Below are positions 1 through 9,769 of a DNA stretch of 64,000 nucleotides, in pieces. The stretch's first letter is position 1, and each line of letters starts with the position of its first letter. The notes beneath the pieces were generated by a model that was not told where the DNA came from, did no database searches, and worked only from the letters and a program-made list of their open reading frames with translations. The DNA is from Candidatus Velthaea sp. (lineage in GTDB: Bacteria; Vulcanimicrobiota; Vulcanimicrobiia; Vulcanimicrobiales; Vulcanimicrobiaceae), in contig CBDCCS010000022.1 in assembly GCA_965214935.1 (NCBI GenBank), positions 704,001-768,000 of the forward strand. The letters run 5' to 3'. The position numbers and the translations under genes are program-made.

Positions 1-709
1 GGCGCTCGACGTTCTCGCGGACACCTTGCCAAATCGGGTCGTCTTTCCAAACCGATGTGTGTATCTGATCCTCGAAGCCGGTTATCTGCTCGCTAATTTC
101 GAGATTGTACAACGCGAGGTCTTGGGCAAAGCGCAGTTTGTGCATCGAGTTGACCGAGATGGCGTTGTTGATCATGTTGGTCGGCGCATCGCGCTGCGCG
201 GGCACAAAAAGGTGCATGCCCAAGCCGTGCTCGGCATGCATCCACGCGCCCACATGCCGCGCGACGACTTGCGACCACTGCTTATTCCACGCCGCAAATG
301 CTTTTTGAATCTTCGCATTGTCGATGTTGAGTTGAATTTGCCGCACGACGTTGGCGTTGTTGCGGTAGATGGTCTGTTCCCATTCTTGGTTCGGGTCGCG
401 AAACGCATGCCAATCCGACGACTTGAGCTGCGTCCAGTCTTTGGGATAGCCGGCGTCGCCGTTTGCGAATGCATACAGCCAGCCCTGCGTCAGGTAGCGC
501 TCGGGATCGGGCTGCACGTCGACGGTGACATCTTCATAGACCGACGCGCGCTGTTTTTGCGGCGTAAAATAATTGTACGTCCGGCTTTCGGAACTCGGAA
601 ACGTTTGCGCGCCGGCCTCAGCATCGGTGAACTCGATCTTGGGAACGTCGCGCGTATGTTGCTCGCGAACGGTACCGGCCGGCTTGCCGGCGTTAGTTGT
701 AACAGTCAC
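1..709 (-). CDS. prmC: Soluble di-iron (propane) monooxygenase hydroxylase beta subunit, partial (runs off the window start)
   Basis: Not in the ORF track. Manual translation from GTG at 709 (RBS AGAGGGA) gives VTVTTN...VPKIEFTDAEAGAQTFPSSESRTYNYFTPQKQRASVYEDVTVDVQPDPERYLTQGW, typical of PrmC/MimC. It follows the alpha subunit and reductase. Confidence 0.9.
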   Translation of the reverse strand, partial: MTVTTNAGKPAGTVREQHTRDVPKIEFTDAEAGAQTFPSSESRTYNYFTPQKQRASVYEDVTVDVQPDPERYLTQGWLYAFANGDAGYPKDWTQLKSSDWHAFRDPNQEWEQTIYRNNANVVRQIQLNIDNAKIQKAFAAWNKQWSQVVARHVGAWMHAEHGLGMHLFVPAQRDAPTNMINNAISVNSMHKLRFAQDLALYNLEISEQITGFEDQIHTSVWKDDPIWQGVRENVER

Positions 710-736
710 TGATGTCGTCCCTCTCTCTTGCGCACG

Positions 737-1792
737 TCAGCGCTGTTGGGCGAGAACCGCTTCGGGGCTCGCCGTGGTGGTGAACTTATCGAAGTAGATG
801 CGTTCGGGCGGCAGACCGCGCCGTTCGAGCAGTGCAATCGCCGCATCGACCATCGGCGGCGGTCCGCAAACATACGCTTCGTGCTCGGTTAGATCGGTCT
901 CAAGCCGATCGGCGACATCGGTAACGTTGCCGAGTTCGCCGTTCCAGGCTTGCCCCGGGGCCAGCTCCGACAGCGCGACGACGCTATGAAAGTTCGGTAA
1001 CCGCTCGGCCATCGCGAGCATGTGGTCGATGAAGAACACGTCGCGCGGCGCACGCGCGCCGTAGTAATAAGAAACTTTGCGCTGCGAACCGCTTTCGGCA
1101 AGCGCGTTAATCAGCGACCAGAGTGGAGCCATACCGGCGCCGCCACCCATAAAGATGAGATCGCGCTCCGAACGCTCGCGCAGAATGCACGTGCCGTACG
1201 GGCCGGTGACGTCCAGCGCGTCGCCGGCTTTAAGCGGGCCCTCGAGCAGTCCGGAAAACAAACCGCCGGGATAGAGTTTGATGATGAATTCTAAGTAGTC
1301 GCGCTGCGCCGGCGTATTTGCCATCGAAAACGAACGGATTTCATCCGTGCCCGGAACGTGAATGTCGACATACTGGCCCGACACGAACGTAATTTCGCCC
1401 GGTGTAACGAACTCTAGCCGCAAACGCCGGATGTCGTGCGTGAGCGCTTCGATCTCCGCCACGCGCGTCGGCACGGTGCGGATCGGATTCGGACTGCGCA
1501 GCATCTCCTCGTCGTAGTGCAGTAATTCGATCACGGCGTCGCTGTACACGTGCGTCTTGCAAAGCAGCGTGTAGCCTTCTTCGCGCTCCATGTCGGACAA
1601 TGCAAAATTCGAGTATTTTGCGAGATCCGTTTCGCCTTCGATCAAATACGCTTTACAGGCCGAACACTGTCCGGCTTTGCAGCCGTGTGCGAGCATGAGG
1701 CCTTGACGGAAAGCCGCATGCAAAACATTCTCATCTTGGTCGACGTCGATCTCGATATCGACCGGCTCAAATTTAACGCGATGCGTGGGCAC
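737..1792 (-). CDS. prmB: Monooxygenase reductase (2Fe-2S / FAD / NAD-binding)
   Basis: CKAGQCSACK...LLCK ferredoxin motif, RSFSMAN, GGGAGMAP, YVCGPPPMV. Confidence 0.93.
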   Translation of the reverse strand: MPTHRVKFEPVDIEIDVDQDENVLHAAFRQGLMLAHGCKAGQCSACKAYLIEGETDLAKYSNFALSDMEREEGYTLLCKTHVYSDAVIELLHYDEEMLRSPNPIRTVPTRVAEIEALTHDIRRLRLEFVTPGEITFVSGQYVDIHVPGTDEIRSFSMANTPAQRDYLEFIIKLYPGGLFSGLLEGPLKAGDALDVTGPYGTCILRERSERDLIFMGGGAGMAPLWSLINALAESGSQRKVSYYYGARAPRDVFFIDHMLAMAERLPNFHSVVALSELAPGQAWNGELGNVTDVADRLETDLTEHEAYVCGPPPMVDAAIALLERRGLPPERIYFDKFTTTASPEAVLAQQR

Positions 1793-1881
1793 GATAATCG
1801 TCCCCCTAACGACGAGCTTTGATAACGAACGGACCGGCTGCCGGCGGCGTGCTTAGGCCGCCGGCAGCGCGAAGACTTACG

Positions 1882-3543
1882 CTACGATGCGGCTGCGACC
1901 GGGTTGCGGCCGCCGGGTCCGCCGGCTTTGTAGTGCGCGGCGTGCTTCTCGCGCTCGTCCGGCGACATTTGATTCAACAGTACGTTGGGGCTGTTGAACG
2001 GAATGCCGCGGAAGTGATCGAGCGTCCAGAGTTTCTTAGGATCGCTCAAATCGAGATGCGGCTGCGGGATGAGCGTCTTACCGTCGTCGCGGACGTAACC
2101 GCATTCCTTGATGACCTCGGCGGTATCCCAACCATGGAAGCGCGTCTCCCACTCGCGTTCGCCCACGAGCTTGCCCATCGAGGGCGTCTCGCGGCCGTTA
2201 TATGTCGGACGGAACGCAATCTTGTCGGTCCAGTGACAGGTTTGCGAACAATACGTGCGTTGCTGGCCGTCGACTTCGTCGAAGACCGTATCTTTGCGGA
2301 TGAGACACGGCACCATGCAGACCCAGCAGCGATGCGGATAGACGTAATTCGCTTCGGGCTCGAACACGATCGCCTTGTTGCCCTTATTGGCAATGCTCAT
2401 GGCGCTGTAATTTTCCCACCACTTGCCGTACTTGTCGTACCAGCCCGGATACTTGGCCTCGAACCACTCGAAGTCTTGATTATCCATCGGATCGATACGC
2501 CAGTAATTGAACGGCCAGCCGGTGGCGAAAAATTGTGCGACTTCATGCACGTAGTGGTCTTCGGAGATCCGCTTCCAGGCGAGTTCGACGAGATCGTGCG
2601 GAATCTTCAGACCGTATTTCTCGAGCGGGATCAAATAGCTGCGATAGTAATCGTCATAGATCCAGCGGCGCCACATCTCGGCATAGCTGTCGCGGCCTTT
2701 GCGGCGATCCTTCGAACCATATTCGATGAACGTTCCGATTGCGGCGTCGACCACGCAGTGGTTATTCCACCAGGCGTAGCGCAGGTCGCGTTCGAGCAGT
2801 TCGCGATTGCGTTCGTCGGCCAGCGCCATCAAGAGTATCGAGTACCCGTTGCTGATGTGACGCGATTCATCCGACTGCACCGAGTGGAATACCGTCGGCA
2901 GCAGGTAGTCGCCGTTCGCCGCCGCTTCCGACGGCATCGCAACGAAGAGCGTATTGGTGAACGCGGTCTCGGCGACGATCGTGAGATAGATGTTGGCTGC
3001 GGTGATCGCGTCGCCGGTGATGAAGCCTTCGCCGAACTGCCGGCCGATCGTGCCGGCGTAGTTATTCGCGAATGCTTTTTCGGTGATATCGAAGCCCGCC
3101 GGGTCGATATAATTGTTCATGTAGAGTTTCTTGAGGTTCATTTGGATCGTCGAGTGCCGCACCTCGTCGATCATCTGAACGGCGAGGCCGTTATGAATCT
3201 CAGGATTCGGGACGGCGCCGATCGAGAGCGGCATCGCGCGTGCCGCAGATATTTCCGGGAACGGAATGATGCTCAGAAACAGCTTCTGCCATTCCATCCA
3301 GCGTTCTTGGACTTGGCGGAACATGTTGCCGCGGATGGCGCCGTCCATCGCGCCGAACACGCGATTGTCTTTCTCTTCTTCCATCGGGAAGTAAGAGCGC
3401 AACACTTGTTTGAGCGGATCTTTTTTGGGGGCTTTCTCAAATGTGTAATCCGTCGTGTATTTATTCGCCGGCGTTGCGAACGTCGGCTCCCACGACAGCT
3501 CTTGAATCTTTTGATGCGCCTTGGTCAGGCTTTGTCGACTCAT
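1882..3543 (-). CDS. prmA: Propane monooxygenase hydroxylase alpha subunit (group 5 SDIMO)
   Basis: N-terminus [20 protein letters not shown]; di-iron ligand motifs DEVRH and DESRH; 553 aa. Confidence 0.95.
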   Translation of the reverse strand: MSRQSLTKAHQKIQELSWEPTFATPANKYTTDYTFEKAPKKDPLKQVLRSYFPMEEEKDNRVFGAMDGAIRGNMFRQVQERWMEWQKLFLSIIPFPEISAARAMPLSIGAVPNPEIHNGLAVQMIDEVRHSTIQMNLKKLYMNNYIDPAGFDITEKAFANNYAGTIGRQFGEGFITGDAITAANIYLTIVAETAFTNTLFVAMPSEAAANGDYLLPTVFHSVQSDESRHISNGYSILLMALADERNRELLERDLRYAWWNNHCVVDAAIGTFIEYGSKDRRKGRDSYAEMWRRWIYDDYYRSYLIPLEKYGLKIPHDLVELAWKRISEDHYVHEVAQFFATGWPFNYWRIDPMDNQDFEWFEAKYPGWYDKYGKWWENYSAMSIANKGNKAIVFEPEANYVYPHRCWVCMVPCLIRKDTVFDEVDGQQRTYCSQTCHWTDKIAFRPTYNGRETPSMGKLVGEREWETRFHGWDTAEVIKECGYVRDDGKTLIPQPHLDLSDPKKLWTLDHFRGIPFNSPNVLLNQMSPDEREKHAAHYKAGGPGGRNPVAAAS

Positions 3544-3771
3544 GCGTTAGTGGTGTCTCCTCGGACCTTCGCGTGCTGCGAATAGCCCCAATGGCACGCC
3601 GGCCAAGACGGCCGGCTGCGGAGTGAGTGGGGTGCCGTGTGGTAGTGTGCCGTCGTCCGCCGTGGGCGATCGGCGCGTTACGCGACTATGGATCCAACGT
3701 TGTTGAATCTGTTACGTTTGGGCTTCGCCCAAGCCGTTGCCGTCGTGCGTCGAAATACATTCGACGCACGA

Positions 3772-4800
3772 CTAGGCGGGGACGAGAATCCCGCGGCCTT
3801 GCAGACGGCCATGATCGAGATCGTCGACACTGTCGTTGAAGGCTTCGAGCGGATAGGTCTTGGTATGCAAGGTGACTTTGCCCGCAGCGGTCAGTGTCAT
3901 CAGCTCGACTAAGTCCGTGTACGTTCCGACGAGATTTCCGACGAAGTTCGTTTCCGTCGAAATGATATCGATGAGCGGGACGTTCAAGTAGCCGCCGTAA
4001 CCGATAACGAAATAGCTCCCGGCTCGGCGCAAAAACGCGATACCGTCCGCGATTGCGCCGCCCTCCCCAACGAAGTCGAGTACGACCTCCGTGCCGAAGC
4101 CATTGGTCAGCTGCTTTACCGTGTCGATTTGCGTTCCGTCGGCCAGCACCGTGTGGTCGGCACCCAGCGTTTTCGCAAGCGCGAGCGCTCGTTCGGAACG
4201 ATCGACGACGATAATCGTTGCGGGCGTCAATGCCCGCAACACTTGAATCCCGATGTGACCTAAGCCGCCGGCGCCGATGACGACGGCGGCCGTACCGGGA
4301 TACAATAGCGCAGTCGACTTCTTCACCGCGTGATACGCAGTTAAGCCGGCGTCCGCGAGCGCGGCGATGTCTTTGGGTGCCAGGCTCGGATCGAGTTTAA
4401 CGACCGCGAGCGCCGACGTTTTAAGCAGCTGCGCGAAACCGCCGTCCGTCGAGATGCCCGGAAACGCGGAGTTTTCGCAGTGCATCGTCCGGCCGGCGCG
4501 ACACGGATAGCAGAAGCCGCACGTTATGAGCGGATGAACGATGACGGTATCGCCGACTTTCACGTGCTCGACGGCCGATCCGACTGCATGCACCCAACCG
4601 GCGTTTTCGTGTCCGAGCGTGTACGGCAACGCAACGTTGCTCTTTTCTTTCCACTGGCCTTCGATGATGTGCAGGTCCGTGCGGCATAAACCCGCACCGC
4701 CGATACGCACGATGACATCGAGCGGACCGGAAATAACCGGATCGGCGATCTCTTCGACGACCGGTGCTTGCAGATACTTATGCAGGCGAACGGCTTTCAT
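3772..4800 (-). CDS. Zn-dependent NAD(P)+ alcohol dehydrogenase
   Basis: GLCRTDLH, GHENAG, CGFCYPC, GAGGLGH. Probable start is MKAVRL at 4800, overlapping the upstream stop (ATGA). Confidence 0.92.
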   Translation of the reverse strand: MKAVRLHKYLQAPVVEEIADPVISGPLDVIVRIGGAGLCRTDLHIIEGQWKEKSNVALPYTLGHENAGWVHAVGSAVEHVKVGDTVIVHPLITCGFCYPCRAGRTMHCENSAFPGISTDGGFAQLLKTSALAVVKLDPSLAPKDIAALADAGLTAYHAVKKSTALLYPGTAAVVIGAGGLGHIGIQVLRALTPATIIVVDRSERALALAKTLGADHTVLADGTQIDTVKQLTNGFGTEVVLDFVGEGGAIADGIAFLRRAGSYFVIGYGGYLNVPLIDIISTETNFVGNLVGTYTDLVELMTLTAAGKVTLHTKTYPLEAFNDSVDDLDHGRLQGRGILVPA

Positions 4801-5672
4801 GCTATCTCCTCGCGTTCGGTCGCGGCTGTGACGAATCGCGCGCCGGGCTGGCCCCACGTCCGAAAGAAATCGCCGGTTTTACGGCACAACTCGACATTCG
4901 CCGCGTTGGTCGCGCCGATGAGCGATGCGTTGAAGCGGTCGGCACGACGCGTCGTCGCCGCAGTTGCCGGCGCCCCGTTCATCTGCGTGATGATCGGCGA
5001 ATCTGCCGTAAGCGTTTCGCCTGCATTGCGCCGCCGCACGAGTTCGCGCGCCAGCATCTCGCGTGCGCCGTCGGTGAAGAACGTGATGTACTCGATTCCA
5101 CCGCGCCGTTGCACGTAGCGCACGGCAAGCGGGTCGGCGTCGAGATCCGGGATTAGCCGCCCATCAGCATCGAGCCGGCCCAAATCGCCTAAGTGCAGCC
5201 GCAGTAACTCCGTGCGCTGCAAGCCGCTGCCGACAAGTGCAAGTAAAATGAGCCGGTCGACGGACGTCGCGGTGTGCATCACGGACTGCGGCGGAGAATC
5301 GCTCGTTTCGAGCGGACTCCAAGGAACGTCGGCCCCGTTCAACGTCAACCACAATTTGGGGCCCATGGCAAGCGCCGCAATTTGCGAGCGGCCGGCGGCC
5401 GGCAAAACGGCCGCAAACTGCAGCACGACGTCGGCGCCGATCCGCGGATCGTGCCGCGCACGTTCGATGAGCGCCTCGAGATCGGCGTTACCGGTGAGTG
5501 TTGCAAAGCGGTCGAGACTTGCGACCGCGGTGCGCACCCACGACACTTCACGGCAACGTGCGGCAAGCACGTCGGCGAAATGCTGCACGGACGGAACGTC
5601 GAGCAACGCGGCTTCACGGCGTCCGGCAAGTGCCTCACGGGCGCGTCCCGCAAGCAGCACGCCCGCCGTCAT
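4797..5672 (-). CDS. Hypothetical protein with a degenerate tyrosine-recombinase-like segment
   Basis: DRLILLALVGSGLQRTELLRLHLGDL resembles integrase box I, but no HxxR or catalytic Tyr is seen. ATGA-coupled to both neighbours. Confidence 0.6.
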   Translation of the reverse strand: MTAGVLLAGRAREALAGRREAALLDVPSVQHFADVLAARCREVSWVRTAVASLDRFATLTGNADLEALIERARHDPRIGADVVLQFAAVLPAAGRSQIAALAMGPKLWLTLNGADVPWSPLETSDSPPQSVMHTATSVDRLILLALVGSGLQRTELLRLHLGDLGRLDADGRLIPDLDADPLAVRYVQRRGGIEYITFFTDGAREMLARELVRRRNAGETLTADSPIITQMNGAPATAATTRRADRFNASLIGATNAANVELCRKTGDFFRTWGQPGARFVTAATEREEIA

Positions 5673-5971
5673 ACGCGCGTCCGCAGATTGATGAGATCGA
5701 TGATCTCATCACGGATGAAGTGATCGGTGAGGACGACTTCGCATGACTCCACGCCGGGCAGCGCTTCGACCCGCTTGCGGATGTCGCGGCCGATCTTGGT
5801 CGCGAATTTCGATGGACACAGCGGCGAGGTGAGGTGGAAATGCACCGTCACTTTGCCGCCGTCCGCATCGACTTCGTCGAGCAGACCGAGATCGGCGATC
5901 GAGCAGCGAACTTCGGGATCCGGCGTGGATCCCGCGGCCCGCCGCACGACGTCCAGATCGAGTGCCGTCAT
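5669..5971 (-). CDS. DUF59 / PaaD-like metal-sulfur cluster assembly protein
   Basis: DPEVRCSIADLGLL and HLTSPLCP motifs; a known accessory gene of prm/mim clusters. Confidence 0.88.
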   Translation of the reverse strand: MTALDLDVVRRAAGSTPDPEVRCSIADLGLLDEVDADGGKVTVHFHLTSPLCPSKFATKIGRDIRKRVEALPGVESCEVVLTDHFIRDEIIDLINLRTRV

Positions 5972-7047
5972 CGGCTCACGAGCTCCGGCGCGGTCGGTCC
6001 CGGTCCGGCAACGTTCTCGGCTTTGGCATACAGCGCGGCTTTGCGTTGCGCGAACTCATCGTTTGCAAGCTTGGCGCGCTTGGCTTCCGTATCGATGCCG
6101 TACAGCCGGGTGATATTGCCGCCGATGATTTTGTGTTTGATCTCGGTGGTGAGATCGACGCCGTACTGTTCTTTGAGATCGTCGGGCAGCTCGAACGCCA
6201 TGAATTCGTCAAGTTGCCAGTGCGGATACCAGATCGGAAAATCCGTCCCGTACACGATACGGTCGGGGCCGAGCCAGAACAGCAAATTCGCCATGATCTC
6301 GGCAAAGTAGCGCGGCCGGTTATGTATGAACGCCAGCGCGACGGCCAGCGAGCCATACACGTTCGGGCAACGCGTTGCCATCCAGCAAAAATCATCCAAC
6401 CGCGGCAAGCCGACATGGTCGATGATGAAGTTGAGTTCGGGATAGAGCCAAGCCGGCTCGTCGATATCGCGCACGTCGAACTTCTGCAAGGTCAACGGCT
6501 CGACGGCCGGACCTTTATGGAAGTGCATGTTCTTGATGCCCAGTTCGAGCGCTTTTTCGTAGCACGGAAAAACCATCGGGTCGTTAGCGGCCCAGCCGCG
6601 CGACTCGCCGCGCCACTCCGCAGTGTACCACTTGAAGCCTTTCACGTCGCACTCGCGAACTTGGCGCTCGACTTCGGCGGCTGCATTGGGCATCCGCGGA
6701 TCGACGCCGCCCAGGGCGATCAAACGTTCGGGCGCGCGCGCCACCATGCGCTGATTGCTTTCCGCGGTGACGAAGCCGGTATGATAAAAATCTTTGAGCA
6801 CTTGGGTCGAGAGGATCGCCATGTCGGCGTCGCCCTTGACGAACATCTCTTCGAGGTACCAGTCGGGATCGGTCTTGCGGAAGACCGTCTCGTAATCCAT
6901 CGTCCAGCGCTTATCGGGTGGGTTGAAGCCGGTTTGAAACGCATAAAACGTTTCGATAAAGGCGTCGCCGAAGCGGTTTTTACAATTTTGCGCGCTGGCG
7001 TCCCACACGCCGGTATGAGCGTCGAAAACAAACACTCCATTTTTCAT
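5968..7047 (-). CDS. Amidohydrolase family protein (prm-cluster accessory)
   Basis: VFDAHT, HFHKGP, IIDHVGLP, YGTDFP motifs. Confidence 0.88.
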   Translation of the reverse strand: MKNGVFVFDAHTGVWDASAQNCKNRFGDAFIETFYAFQTGFNPPDKRWTMDYETVFRKTDPDWYLEEMFVKGDADMAILSTQVLKDFYHTGFVTAESNQRMVARAPERLIALGGVDPRMPNAAAEVERQVRECDVKGFKWYTAEWRGESRGWAANDPMVFPCYEKALELGIKNMHFHKGPAVEPLTLQKFDVRDIDEPAWLYPELNFIIDHVGLPRLDDFCWMATRCPNVYGSLAVALAFIHNRPRYFAEIMANLLFWLGPDRIVYGTDFPIWYPHWQLDEFMAFELPDDLKEQYGVDLTTEIKHKIIGGNITRLYGIDTEAKRAKLANDEFAQRKAALYAKAENVAGPGPTAPELVSR

Positions 7048-7103
7048 AGGCCGCGAACCTCCGTGACATCAAGGGAGTGAGAGCTTCACGCTACCATCGC
7101 CCA

Positions 7104-7187
7104 GGTGAGGCAGTGGTGAAAATCGGTTCCGCGCCGGTGCAAAAGCGGTGAAAATTATCTTAGACCGCTGTGAAAAGACAAGGTTAA
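7104..7187. promoter_or_regulatory. Array of GGTG(A/C)AAA-like direct repeats at ~11-bp phase in the divergent promoter region
   Basis: Units start at 7104, 7115, 7125, 7136, 7147, 7169 and 7182. A possible extended -10 (TGGTAGCGT) lies on the minus strand at ~7088-7096. Confidence 0.55.
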
Positions 7188-7306
7188 GCCAGTGTTTGGT
7201 CCCTATTAATTTCTATAGGTGGGGTTGTGAACGGCTCGAAGCGGGTGTGTTTCGGGCGGCATGATAGTGGGCGAGCTTCGCGGGGCTCGCCGGGGGGATC
7301 GAGCTT

Positions 7307-9769
7307 TTGGCGACCGAGATGCGTGCGCCGGCGTGGTCGATTGCATCGCCGACTGATATTGAAACGACGGCCCGGACGCTCTGCGAGCTGCGCGATCTGT
7401 ATTTAGCGAGCGATGATGCGAGCGCTGCCGGGCGGCCGCGCGTGCTCAGCTCGTGGAAACGCTGTCGCGCGATGCACGTCGACGCGGCGCGCCGGAATGC
7501 GCCGCTAGCAATATCGCGCGACGCGCAGCTGCGTGACATTCGCGACGCCAACGAACCGTTGCTGCGCGCGGCGCAGGCCGTCATTGCCCGGCTGAGCACT
7601 CATTTGGCCGACTCGGGCTACGCCGTCGTCCTTACCGACAGCAACGGTTGCATTTTAAATATTGCGAGCGACGATCACGTGCGGCGCCGCCTCGAACGTA
7701 TCGATTTCATTCCCGGCGGTAATTGGAGCGAAGGCGCCGCCGGTACCAACGCGATCGGCACGGCCCTGGCCGATCGCCGTCCCGTTCAACTCATGGCGGC
7801 CGAGCACTTTTGCGACGGCTGGACCGACCTGACGTGCACCGCGGCGCTGATCCGGCACCCGTTCACGTCGCAGATTATCGGCGTGCTTGATATCACCGGC
7901 GATTACCGGCTAATCCGCGCTTACCTCATGAGCTTAGTCGCGGTGAGCGCGCTTGAAATCGAAGAACAATTACGTATCGGTCTGGCCGGCACCGGGAGCC
8001 GGTCGCCGGCAATGCCGCAAGCCTTCGATCTGTGTCCGAGTGACGCCATGCTGCTCACGTTAACGGGCGGAACCATCAGCGCGAGTCTGGATTTCAACAC
8101 CACCTTGCGGACCGTTGCGGAGCAAACCGCGGCGCTGCTGCATGTGCAGCATGCCGCAGTCGCTCTATTTGCCGATGACAGCGGCGACGGTCCGTTGGCG
8201 CAACTTTGGTTGGACGACCCGGCATTTCGCGGTCTCAACGCGTTGTTTGCGCAAGCCGAGATCGTCGAAGCGCTGCGCGAACGCGGCGAACCGGTCATTA
8301 GCGACGATCTCACGCAGGCACCGTTATTTGCAAACATCGCGCTGCTCGCATCGGATGTACGGGCCCTCGCGCTGCTGCCGCTCGCGACGGCGCGCGGAAT
8401 CGTCGGTTTCGTCGTTGCGCTGCGCAGCACGACGGGACGCTGGAACTTCGACGATCTGCGACGCGTCTTCGCGTTGATGCCGCAGGCGGCGACGGCCATC
8501 GAGAATGCTTTGCTGTTCGATGCGCTGCGGCAGCACAACCGGCATGTCGAAGCGATCAATGCGGTCGCGCAACTGCTCAGCGAACTGCCGGATCCGGCCG
8601 CGCACGTCGTGCACGTGTTGTCTTGCATCGTGCGCGTCATGGATCTCGATGCGGGCTTGTTGTTTTTGCACGATGACGATACGAAGCGGTTGCGATTTGC
8701 AGCGCACTACGGCATTGAATCGACGGCAGCCGACGTGCTGCGCTCGACGACGTCGATGCAGGCGCTCTCCGGTGTGGCCGCCGACGTCGCCGCGACGGGT
8801 GAAGCGCGCTTAGTCCCGGCAATCGATCTACGCACGAGCGACACGGATTCCGAGTTTCCGTTTCGCGCGACGGGATGTCGCGCCGCTCTGGCCGTTCCAT
8901 TGACCGATGGCGCGACGCTCGTCGGCGTCATCGAACTCGGAATCCGCCGTGCGCGTCCGCTCACGAGCGCCGATTTGAAAACGCTGAACGCCATTGCGGG
9001 CCAACTCAGTATGTCGCTGCGCAACGCGCAACTTCGGCGTGCGGCGGGCGAACTCGAAGCGCTGCGGCAAGCCGACCGGCTGAAAAACGAGTTTCTCGCG
9101 ACCGTCTCGCACGATCTGCGCTCGCCGTTGACCGCGATTCGGGCGTCGGTGGAAGGCTTGCTCGATCGCGGTCTACCGGCGGCGGCTGCATCCGACCAAG
9201 GATTGCTTTACAATATCGCAGGTCAGGCGAATCGCTTGGGGCGTTTAGTCGATCAGCTTTTGGACGTATCGCAGATCGAGGCCGGCGCGTTACGTCTGGA
9301 TCGCGAATGGCACGAATTGCCGGCGCTGTTGACCGATGTTGCCGCAAGTATCGGCGCGCTGTACGGCGACGAGCGTTTGACGTTCGATATTCCGCCCGAT
9401 CCGCCGCTGCTCTTCGTCGACAAAGACCGGTTCATTCAAGTCCTGTACAATCTGCTCGACAACGCATGTAAGTATACGCCGGGCGACTATTCGGTCGGGA
9501 TCGAAGCGGACTGGGACGCACATTACATAACGATCGGCGTTACCGATCGCGGTCCGGGTGTGCGCCCCGCGGACCGCGAGAATATCTTCACGCGTTTTTA
9601 TCGCGCAGGCGGGCGTGAGAATGCCGGCGTGCGCAGTATCGGGCTCGGGCTTGCAATTAGCCGGGGCATCGTCGAAGCGCACGGCGGAAAGATCTGGGTC
9701 GATGCCATTGCCGCGAGCGGCAGTGCGTTTCGCTTCACGATCCCGCTGGTGACGGAGGACGGCGAATGA
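7307..9769 (+). CDS. Multi-GAF sensor histidine kinase with an AcoR-like N-terminal GAF region
   Basis: SWKRC...WSEGAAGTNAIGTAL...EHF...LDITG; further GAF-like segments; H-box VSHDLRSPL; NLLDNACKY, DRGPG, GLGLAI. Confidence 0.9.
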   Translation: MATEMRAPAWSIASPTDIETTARTLCELRDLYLASDDASAAGRPRVLSSWKRCRAMHVDAARRNAPLAISRDAQLRDIRDANEPLLRAAQAVIARLSTHLADSGYAVVLTDSNGCILNIASDDHVRRRLERIDFIPGGNWSEGAAGTNAIGTALADRRPVQLMAAEHFCDGWTDLTCTAALIRHPFTSQIIGVLDITGDYRLIRAYLMSLVAVSALEIEEQLRIGLAGTGSRSPAMPQAFDLCPSDAMLLTLTGGTISASLDFNTTLRTVAEQTAALLHVQHAAVALFADDSGDGPLAQLWLDDPAFRGLNALFAQAEIVEALRERGEPVISDDLTQAPLFANIALLASDVRALALLPLATARGIVGFVVALRSTTGRWNFDDLRRVFALMPQAATAIENALLFDALRQHNRHVEAINAVAQLLSELPDPAAHVVHVLSCIVRVMDLDAGLLFLHDDDTKRLRFAAHYGIESTAADVLRSTTSMQALSGVAADVAATGEARLVPAIDLRTSDTDSEFPFRATGCRAALAVPLTDGATLVGVIELGIRRARPLTSADLKTLNAIAGQLSMSLRNAQLRRAAGELEALRQADRLKNEFLATVSHDLRSPLTAIRASVEGLLDRGLPAAAASDQGLLYNIAGQANRLGRLVDQLLDVSQIEAGALRLDREWHELPALLTDVAASIGALYGDERLTFDIPPDPPLLFVDKDRFIQVLYNLLDNACKYTPGDYSVGIEADWDAHYITIGVTDRGPGVRPADRENIFTRFYRAGGRENAGVRSIGLGLAISRGIVEAHGGKIWVDAIAASGSAFRFTIPLVTEDGE

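Noticed and set aside
1819..3585. 588-aa plus-strand ORF (likewise 26-712 and 5962-7080)
   Set aside because: Antisense shadows of well-supported minus-strand genes in GC-rich DNA; no motifs.
3544..3771. Sigma54 promoter upstream of prmA
   Set aside because: The TGGCAC at ~3592 is on the wrong strand and lacks a properly spaced TTGC. Only GC hairpins are seen.
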